A stretch of DNA of 60,393 nucleotides from Candidatus Levyibacteriota bacterium (GTDB taxonomy: Bacteria; Patescibacteriota; Microgenomatia; Levybacterales; UBA12049): contig JBBSGT010000004.1 in assembly GCA_038253825.1 (NCBI GenBank), positions 1-60,393 on the forward strand. The letters are read 5' to 3'. The position numbers were made by a program, and so were the translations under genes. Shown here one piece after another: positions 54,178 through 60,393 of this stretch. Every line of letters starts with the position of its first letter. The stretch's first letter is position 1. Under the pieces are notes generated by a model. It made no database searches, was not told the DNA's origin, and was given only the letters and a program-made list of their open reading frames with translations.

Positions 54178-54948
54178 TTATAATCTTAGTGTCTTCTCGA
54201 GTTCATAATCACCAAGTTTTATTCTCAAAATATCAAGGGTAATCGCTCCGCACCCAAGTTTTTTACCAAGTTCATCAGCAATAGTTCGCACATATGTTCC
54301 GCTTGAACATTGCAAAGTAAATGTGGCTAGAGGAAATGTTTCATTCCTGTTTTCTAAAAAAAATCTCTTCCACCGTTCTAATATCTCCGCTTGACGAAAA
54401 TCTCCTTTTACAAGAGAAATATTTGTCGTTATTTTTTTTTCTAGTTCTCCCCTTTCTATAGAACTAAATGAAATATTCACAAATTTAGTTATCGTCACTT
54501 GATGTGTTGGAATTTCAATTTCATTAAGTCTGTTATTTCTTGCCCACCAAAAAAGAGGTTTTCCTTTGGCCCCTTTGGAAGAGAAGTGTGGAAAGGGCTG
54601 TATATGAGCTCCTATTTTATTATTTACAAAAATACTTACAATATTATTTACGTTAGTAGGTAATGCTTTTACTCTTATTCCTTTCAGTAGACCTAATATA
54701 TCATGCGTATCTGTCTGGACACCAAAGAGAACTGTAAATGTATACGCTTTTGGAAAAGATAAATAATTTGCGCGGTTTTTTGTTTCCTCCCCGATCATAA
54801 GCAGCATAACCCCATGCGCCATAGGATCAAGACGACCTGCATATCCAATCTTTTCGTGACGATATTCAGGTTTTGCTTCTCGTAATTGCTCAATAAGTTG
54901 TAATGGTGTTATACCGATAGGTTTATAAAGAGAAAGTAACGCTTTCAT
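54178..54948 (-). CDS. truB: tRNA pseudouridine(55) synthase
   Basis: KIGYAGRLDPMAHGVMLLMIGEETK catalytic Asp motif, and SSGTYVRTIA. Confidence 0.9.
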   Translation of the reverse strand: MKALLSLYKPIGITPLQLIEQLREAKPEYRHEKIGYAGRLDPMAHGVMLLMIGEETKNRANYLSFPKAYTFTVLFGVQTDTHDILGLLKGIRVKALPTNVNNIVSIFVNNKIGAHIQPFPHFSSKGAKGKPLFWWARNNRLNEIEIPTHQVTITKFVNISFSSIERGELEKKITTNISLVKGDFRQAEILERWKRFFLENRNETFPLATFTLQCSSGTYVRTIADELGKKLGCGAITLDILRIKLGDYELEKTLRL

Positions 54949-54977
54949 AGTTAAAATTTGGGTGCAGGTATGTAGGG

Positions 54978-55850
54978 TTATGCCCGACGAGTAATGAATG
55001 CATATAATTTTCTCATCAGAGACTGCCGCTTCTGGTAGGCTTCAATTCGCTTTTGAATTTCCGGTATCATTTCATCAGTCGCTTTTTCACCCGATTTAAT
55101 TATCTCTGATGCTTTTTTGTTGTCGAATATATAATTCCAGCCAAGAAATCCGATATTAAAGCTATTTTTGGGTGAAATAATGACATCCGCGGCTGCAGCC
55201 GAATGTAACGCCAGATTATGCTGCAAGATATTTATCGCATGTCTTGGTGTTTTGGAAATCGATGGTATGACTGTCAGAATATTTTCTGTATAGACCTCGT
55301 CTAGATTGACCGCGATAGTGATATCAGCGCCTAGTGTCTTTGCTATATCAACAGGAATAGGATCAGAAAGTCCACCATCTGCCAGAAGTCTCTTGGTATA
55401 AACGATTGGTTGATAAAATGTTGGAACGGAAATACTTGCTCGGACCGCTTTGATGAGATTACCAGAGGTGAAAATTATCGATTCAGCAGTGTTAAAATCA
55501 GTAGCTACAGCAGCAAATGGAATTTTAAGATCCTGAAACTGGGTTACTTCAATCATATCGCTAATAAACTTCTCAGTTTTTAAGCCCCTTACAAGTCCTC
55601 CTTTTATCGTAAAATCCAGAAGTTCCATCAAGCTTTTTCTGCTAAATGTCATCACCATCTCTTCTAATTTTTTGCTGTCTCGGTGACGCGCGTAGTGTGC
55701 TCCAAAGAAAGATCCGATACTTGAACCCGCAATGATGTCTATGGGAATACCATGTTTTTCAAATGATTTTAAAACGCCGATATGTGCCAATCCCTTGGCT
55801 CCTCCACTACCGAGTGCCAAACCTATTTTTGGATATTTTTTATTTGCCAT
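54978..55850 (-). CDS. patatin-like phospholipase family protein
   Basis: Oxyanion GLALGSGGAKGLAHIGV, nucleophile GSSIGS (GxSxG), and catalytic DGG. Confidence 0.85.
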   Translation of the reverse strand: MANKKYPKIGLALGSGGAKGLAHIGVLKSFEKHGIPIDIIAGSSIGSFFGAHYARHRDSKKLEEMVMTFSRKSLMELLDFTIKGGLVRGLKTEKFISDMIEVTQFQDLKIPFAAVATDFNTAESIIFTSGNLIKAVRASISVPTFYQPIVYTKRLLADGGLSDPIPVDIAKTLGADITIAVNLDEVYTENILTVIPSISKTPRHAINILQHNLALHSAAAADVIISPKNSFNIGFLGWNYIFDNKKASEIIKSGEKATDEMIPEIQKRIEAYQKRQSLMRKLYAFITRRA

Positions 55851-55924
55851 AGTATTATTGTAGCATTTCGTATATACTAGCTAAGTAATCCCTTATATAA
55901 AAATCTGCTCATTTCTACAGCAAA

Positions 55925-55953
55925 TTGACTATAGGATAATAATCTGTTATACT
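55925..55953 (+). promoter_or_regulatory. promoter candidate (TTGACT-17 nt-TATACT) for the DEAD-box helicase gene
   Basis: TTGACT at 55925-55930 and TATACT at 55948-55953. Confidence 0.45.
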
Positions 55954-56000
55954 TACAGTTAGGAAATAAATTTAGGCAAAAATAGTTAGCCTCATTTAGT

Positions 56001-57215
56001 ATGTACCAATCAAATAGACCAAGAAGAAATAATAGCCCAAGAAACGGATTTCGTTCTCGTAATGAAGGAAGTTTTAATGGACGTCCTGTGCGCAGCAAGC
56101 GTCCTGTTAAGAAACTGGATGAAGCACTCTTTATAAACAATGCTGTACTTCCTCAAGTACAAGAAAAAGTGAATAAATCTACAATTACCTTTCAAGATTT
56201 TGCATTGGATGAAAAGATGCAAAGAAATATCATAGAACATGGTTATAAGCAGCCAACTCCTATTCAAGAGAAAACTATTCCAGAAATTATTTTACGAAAA
56301 GACGTTATCGGAATTGCCAATACTGGTACCGGGAAAACTGCTGCTTTTCTTATCCCTTTAATAAATAAGGCGTACCTCGACCGAAATGAACGAACTATTA
56401 TTGTCACACCAACAAGAGAGCTCGCAATGCAGATTGCAGATGAATTGACAATCTTCAGTAAAGGCATGGATTTAGATAAAGTTTTATGTATTGGTGGTTC
56501 AGATATGAATCGACAAATTAAACGATTGCAACATAATCCCCATTTTGTAATCGGCACACCTGGTAGATTAAAGGATTTAATTGATAAAAGAAAACTAAAT
56601 CTGTCTTTATTTAGAAATGTTGTTCTAGATGAGGTTGATAAAATGGTTGATATTGGATTTATCAATGATATCAAGCTCTTTATTTCTCTCTTACCGCAAA
56701 AAAGGCAGTCACTTTTCTTCTCTGCTACAGTTACTGACAAAGTAAAAGGTATACTCGATCACTTTGTGCAGAACCCTGTTACGGTCTCTATAAAACGTCA
56801 AGAAACCTCAGAACACATTAAACAAGATATCGTCCGCATCGGAAAAGGCAGCAACAAAATTGATGTTTTGCATGATTTACTAACTGCAAAGGATGTGGAA
56901 AAAGTTCTTATTTTCGGACGAACCAAATGGGGTATAGAAAAACTGATGCGTTCTCTGGAAGAACGTGGATTTAAAACAGTAGCTATTCACGGAAATAAAA
57001 CGCAAGGACAACGCTCACGAGCGCTTGATCAATTTAAAAAAGATCAAATAAAAATTATGCTGGCAACAGATGTGGCATCACGAGGACTTGATATAGAAAA
57101 TGTTACCCATGTTATTAATTTTGATGCACCTGAAACATATGACGATTATGTTCACCGCATTGGAAGAACCGGAAGAGCTGGAAAATCAGGTACCGCATTA
57201 ACGTTTGTAGAATAA
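56001..57215 (+). CDS. DEAD-box ATP-dependent RNA helicase with R/N-rich N-terminal extension
   Basis: Q-motif TPIQ, ANTGTGKTAAF, PTRELA, motif II as DEVD, SAT, ARGLD, HRIGRTGRAG. Confidence 0.9.
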   Translation: MYQSNRPRRNNSPRNGFRSRNEGSFNGRPVRSKRPVKKLDEALFINNAVLPQVQEKVNKSTITFQDFALDEKMQRNIIEHGYKQPTPIQEKTIPEIILRKDVIGIANTGTGKTAAFLIPLINKAYLDRNERTIIVTPTRELAMQIADELTIFSKGMDLDKVLCIGGSDMNRQIKRLQHNPHFVIGTPGRLKDLIDKRKLNLSLFRNVVLDEVDKMVDIGFINDIKLFISLLPQKRQSLFFSATVTDKVKGILDHFVQNPVTVSIKRQETSEHIKQDIVRIGKGSNKIDVLHDLLTAKDVEKVLIFGRTKWGIEKLMRSLEERGFKTVAIHGNKTQGQRSRALDQFKKDQIKIMLATDVASRGLDIENVTHVINFDAPETYDDYVHRIGRTGRAGKSGTALTFVE

Positions 57216-57270
57216 GCTTATTTAATCGTCATCCTACTAAGCCGTAGCCGCATCCAAGATCGATTTGAAC

Positions 57271-57318
57271 GGATTCTGGAAAAGTCGTAAAGCCTCTGAG
57301 GAGGGCCAGAATGACAGA
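57271..57318 (-). repeat. copy B of the conserved post-stop hairpin element (GTCATTCTGG...CGACTTTTCCAGAAT)
   Basis: Perfect 7-bp outer stem ATTCTGG/CCAGAAT, starting 9 nt after the fic stop. The 5' half is 17/18 identical to copy A. Confidence 0.5.
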
Positions 57319-57324
57319 ATTTCC

Positions 57325-58371
57325 TTACTTTTCTTTCGTCCTCAATTTATAGTAACTCATTTTCGTTGTTCCGTATTTTTTCAAAAGTCTCTTCTTAACC
57401 AAAGAAGCTAACAATGAATGAGCTTGTTGTCTTGTCACTTCGAATGCTTTCTCAATATCCGGCGTTTTAATCGCTTTTTTATCAATCACGATTTGTAAAA
57501 CTTCTTCTTCCCGTGGTGTCACCAGTACTCGCTTTTCCCCTTCAACACGGTCAAGATGATGTCGTTTGAGTTCGTTAATGCGAGCAGTTGCTCCTTGTAG
57601 TGAACTTGCAATTCCTTCGAGGAAATATTCGATCCACTGAGTTTCATCACCTTTATCAGCGCTATGGAGACAATCAGAATACAATAAACGATCAATATCA
57701 TAATAATCATCAATAATGAAGTACTTCGAAACTTCATAGTGCTCCATCAATAAATAATACGTTGTGACAATACGCGCCAAACGTCCGTTTCCGTCAAAGA
57801 ATGGATGAATATAAGCAAATTGGTGATGGAGAATCGCAGCTTTTAATATCGGATGTAGTTCGCTTTCTTTATTCAGCCAATCAAAAAGTTCACCCAAGGC
57901 AGCTTTAATTGCTTTTGCATTATGGAAGGGTGGATTATGCTTGACGACAATTTCTACTTTTGTTTTATGCCCGACGAAAACAGGTCCGTCGCGCACTTTA
58001 CCAAAGTCCTTTAATTCAATTCCTTCCATAAGAATTTTATGAAGTTTTTCAATCAATTCAACTGATAATGGTGTCCTTTCCCGAACCATATTAGGGATGG
58101 TTGTAAGAATAGTAAAGTAATTTTTTACTTCTTTTTCAGATTTGGTCGAAGGCACATGATCGCCCAGAACAACATTGGTAACATCCTGCGGCGAGAGTGG
58201 ATTGCCTTCGATACTGGTTGAGTAGTGGGTTGCAAGAATTTGATTTTCCTGCATAAGTTGCAACGAAAGTGAAGGAATTAATTTCTCTGCCTGTATTTTT
58301 CCATAATATCGCTCGATGCTTGAAAGGATATTAAGAATACGGAAATTTAGGGTAAATTTTGGCTCAAACAT
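57325..58371 (-). CDS. Fic family protein (AMPylase-type motif) with N-terminal inhibitory motif and C-terminal wHTH
   Basis: HPFFDGNGRLAR matches HxFx(D/E)GNGRxxR. STSIEG matches (S/T)xxxE(G/N). Has a C-terminal HTH-like tail. The track ORF starts at TTG 58386. Confidence 0.9.
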   Translation of the reverse strand: MFEPKFTLNFRILNILSSIERYYGKIQAEKLIPSLSLQLMQENQILATHYSTSIEGNPLSPQDVTNVVLGDHVPSTKSEKEVKNYFTILTTIPNMVRERTPLSVELIEKLHKILMEGIELKDFGKVRDGPVFVGHKTKVEIVVKHNPPFHNAKAIKAALGELFDWLNKESELHPILKAAILHHQFAYIHPFFDGNGRLARIVTTYYLLMEHYEVSKYFIIDDYYDIDRLLYSDCLHSADKGDETQWIEYFLEGIASSLQGATARINELKRHHLDRVEGEKRVLVTPREEEVLQIVIDKKAIKTPDIEKAFEVTRQQAHSLLASLVKKRLLKKYGTTKMSYYKLRTKEK

Positions 58372-58437
58372 GCGTCTATTGTACAATATCTACTTATAAT
58401 TGTCAATGTATTCGTAAATATTATCGTCAATTATAAT

Positions 58438-58980
58438 TTAATGAAATCTTTCTTGAAATGTCAAATTATTTTTATCTCGTTCAGATAAAATTGGTTCAGT
58501 ATCAAATTTCCAGCTAATACCCAATGTTGGGTCGTCCCATGCGATACCATATTCTTTATCAGGAGTCCACTCTTGATCCGTTAAATAGGTATAATCTGCG
58601 TCATCACTGAGAACCAGATATGCGTTGCCACAACCAGCAGGTACAAAAATACTGGTTCTGTCCTCTTCTCCAATAATAAATGACTCATGCTTTCCAAAAG
58701 TGGGTGAATCTTTACGAAGATCGACAATTACCGATTGTACAATACCTCTTGGGACATAAATGAGTTTGTTCCAAGGCGCACTATGAATGCCACGAAGTGT
58801 ATTTTTTGTGGACCTGGCATGGTTAGCTTGCACAACAACAAATGGTGTTCCAATTTCTTTTTCAATAGCGCTTGTCCTTACTGATTCCCGGAAAAAACCA
58901 CGATCATCAATTATTGTAGGACGTTTGATTTGTAAGACATTTTGCAATGAAGATGGTGTAATAAAATTTGTGTCGTTCAT
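58438..58980 (-). CDS. rfbC: dTDP-4-dehydrorhamnose 3,5-epimerase
   Basis: DDRGFFRE, LRGIHSAPWNKLIYVPRGIVQSVIVDLR, FVPAGCGNAYLVLSD. Confidence 0.85.
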   Translation of the reverse strand: MNDTNFITPSSLQNVLQIKRPTIIDDRGFFRESVRTSAIEKEIGTPFVVVQANHARSTKNTLRGIHSAPWNKLIYVPRGIVQSVIVDLRKDSPTFGKHESFIIGEEDRTSIFVPAGCGNAYLVLSDDADYTYLTDQEWTPDKEYGIAWDDPTLGISWKFDTEPILSERDKNNLTFQERFH

Positions 58981-59312
58981 TATTTTTCTTTAGGTTGCGT
59001 CTTTCTTCTTTCAATTTTTCGTAGTGTATACATAATTCTCTGATCCAAATTGATGTCTTTTACTCTCGCGAATCGAATGATTGCAACTAAAATATCTCCA
59101 AGTTCTTGTTGATAAGTTTCATCTTGTTGTGCGGAAAGATTGGTTGGTTTTCTGCCGTGTTTTGCGAGATAAGCTCGCGCCATCTCCCCAAGTTCTTCGA
59201 CAAGACTGAGAATTAAAATTGACCCAAATTCATCGTCGCCTTTTTTATCGGCGTCAATTGCATCAAGTTTTTTAAAATATTTTCCAAAGGGTGAAATTTG
59301 TCTCCGTGCCAT
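58980..59312 (-). CDS. MazG-like nucleotide pyrophosphohydrolase domain protein
   Basis: 110 aa. LVEELGEMARAY and ELGDILVAIIRFA EExxE/D-type helices. Its stop overlaps the rfbC start by 1 nt. Confidence 0.65.
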   Translation of the reverse strand: MARRQISPFGKYFKKLDAIDADKKGDDEFGSILILSLVEELGEMARAYLAKHGRKPTNLSAQQDETYQQELGDILVAIIRFARVKDINLDQRIMYTLRKIERRKTQPKEK

Positions 59313-59385
59313 AGATAACTTTAACTTTACTCTCTCAGTAATTCTCTGTCAATTGCTAGTATTTCTCAGCCGTTTAATTTATAAT

Positions 59386-60225
59386 ATGAAAACAGACAAA
59401 TTCATGAAAACTTCAGTTAGCCTGTTCTTAAGCGATATTTTACCCCAAAAAAGAAAACTTTACCACCAAATCGTCAAAAACAATATTCTTGATAAAGCTA
59501 CTGTTGATGATGATCTCAGGCGTTTAAAAGAAGCTGGTTTGGATGGTATAGAAATATGCTTGCCTCAGTATTCTCGTACGACAGAAGAAGATATTGAGCA
59601 AGTTATGGCACTTTCAAAAAAAAATAAGCTTCCTATTTTTAGCGTTCACCAATCATTGCGCTTCTTTTCCATCACAAAATTGCCTGAAATAAGCGAATTG
59701 ATGGCTATTGCCAGTCGCATGTCAGCTTCCCTAGTCGTCTTACATATGAATACCGCACAAAAGCAGATTTTCGATAAGCATTATATCGACACGCTACACA
59801 GTCTGGAAAACAAATATGGTATTACTGTTACTTTTGAGAATATGGAAAAGTATATTGCATCCCTTCGTAAAAAGTATATTTGGGAAGCAGAAACATTTGC
59901 TAACGTTATCGAAGATAATGGCCTCCATATTACACTGGATGTGGTTCATCTAGCACATTCTGGTGGGGATATCTTAACATTTTATGAACAGCATAAAAAC
60001 CTGATTAAAAACATTCATTTGAGTGATTATCGGTATAATATGTTTAATAGTAATCTTAGACCACTACGCTTTAAACATATGCCGCTTGGGGAAGGCGAAT
60101 TGCCTATTCAAACCTTTCTAAAATTGTTAAAAAAAGAGCATTATAAAGGTCTGCTTACCATGGAAATTCATACGGATCTGAAAGGGATCTGCGAGAGCAT
60201 TGCTATTATTAATCAAGCGAAATAA
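59386..60225 (+). CDS. sugar phosphate isomerase/epimerase (xylose-isomerase-like TIM barrel, AP_endonuc_2 family)
   Basis: GLDGIEI, LVVLHM, VTFENM, LDVVHLAHSG, IHLSD, GEGELP, LTMEI pattern. Confidence 0.7.
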   Translation: MKTDKFMKTSVSLFLSDILPQKRKLYHQIVKNNILDKATVDDDLRRLKEAGLDGIEICLPQYSRTTEEDIEQVMALSKKNKLPIFSVHQSLRFFSITKLPEISELMAIASRMSASLVVLHMNTAQKQIFDKHYIDTLHSLENKYGITVTFENMEKYIASLRKKYIWEAETFANVIEDNGLHITLDVVHLAHSGGDILTFYEQHKNLIKNIHLSDYRYNMFNSNLRPLRFKHMPLGEGELPIQTFLKLLKKEHYKGLLTMEIHTDLKGICESIAIINQAK

Positions 60226-60327
60226 ATTTACCCTTGTCCTACAACTAGTCAGGTATATACCTCTCGTAAAATAGATATCGGTAAAATTTGACAATTTCAC
60301 AAAAAAGCCTCAAAATAATTCTCCACT

Positions 60328-60393
60328 ATGAAAACATTCTCTTTATTGCCCGAAGAGCGAAAAGATCTCATTGGACTGGGGAAACAGATAAAA
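60328..60393 (+). CDS. 5' end of an unidentified CDS (MKTFSLLPEERKDLIGLGKQIK..) running out of the window
   Basis: ATG at 60328, open to the window end. Confidence 0.3.
   Translation, partial: MKTFSLLPEERKDLIGLGKQIK

Noticed and set aside
54978-55850. Patatin-like lipase considered as an effector of a CBASS or other defence system.
   Set aside because: No cyclase, sensor, ATPase or other defence-associated gene is adjacent (neighbours are truB and a DEAD-box helicase). It looks like a housekeeping RssA-type patatin.
55877-56140. 87-aa minus-strand ORF overlapping the DEAD-box helicase start and its promoter.
   Set aside because: It overlaps the helicase N-terminus and a good TTGACT-17-TATACT promoter, and has no motif. 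Judged spurious.
1-60393. Alternative genetic code (UGA recoding, as in some candidate phyla) and mobile-element or prophage content.
   Set aside because: Long uninterrupted ORFs with well-conserved termini are obtained with the standard code. No integrase, transposase, phage structural or plasmid genes were seen.

Overview
This is a 60.4-kb, AT-rich, very gene-dense chromosomal segment read with the standard genetic code. It holds about 60 protein genes, 2 tRNAs (Cys-GCA, Gln-UUG) and 1 riboswitch. I saw no rRNA, CRISPR array, integrase, transposase or prophage genes. The many PT-rich linkers, the giant pilin-like protein, dockerin-like surface proteins and tight or overlapping gene ends suggest an uncultivated small-genome bacterium, possibly Patescibacteria/CPR-like; that placement is inference only.

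Recognisable content:
- An efflux cluster (RND permease, membrane-fusion adaptor, DHA2 MFS, MarR).
- A receptor-like trehalose-6-phosphate synthase next to a TrmB regulator.
- CoaBC, an M32 carboxypeptidase and a riboflavin kinase.
- NDH-2 followed by a complete cyoABCDE quinol oxidase operon.
- DNA repair genes (AlkZ-like glycosylase, Ung).
- Iron transporters (VIT1, FTR1-like).
- Obg, an ABC exporter, TruB, a patatin-like lipase, a DEAD-box helicase, a Fic protein and RmlC.

Most interesting observations:
1. An unannotated fluoride riboswitch, with its own promoter and a terminator that also sequesters the Shine-Dalgarno (SD) sequence. It drives an MFS-PAP2-crcB-DUF190 operon.
2. A secreted multidomain Streptomyces-type tyrosinase next to tRNA-Gln. 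It is followed by a CxC-motif membrane-anchored protein whose only paralogue lies 46 kb away, beside a heme-b-type membrane protein with tandem His-motif domains. Together these may form a copper or redox handling module.
3. A translationally coupled pair of unknown-function genes, divergent from the TrmB regulator.
4. An orphan ATP-grasp-like protein.
5. A conserved hairpin family directly after the stop codons of several minus-strand genes.
6. An A9 homopolymer frameshift that splits a surface-protein gene.

All homology statements come from by-eye motif recognition and need HMM or structure searches to confirm.
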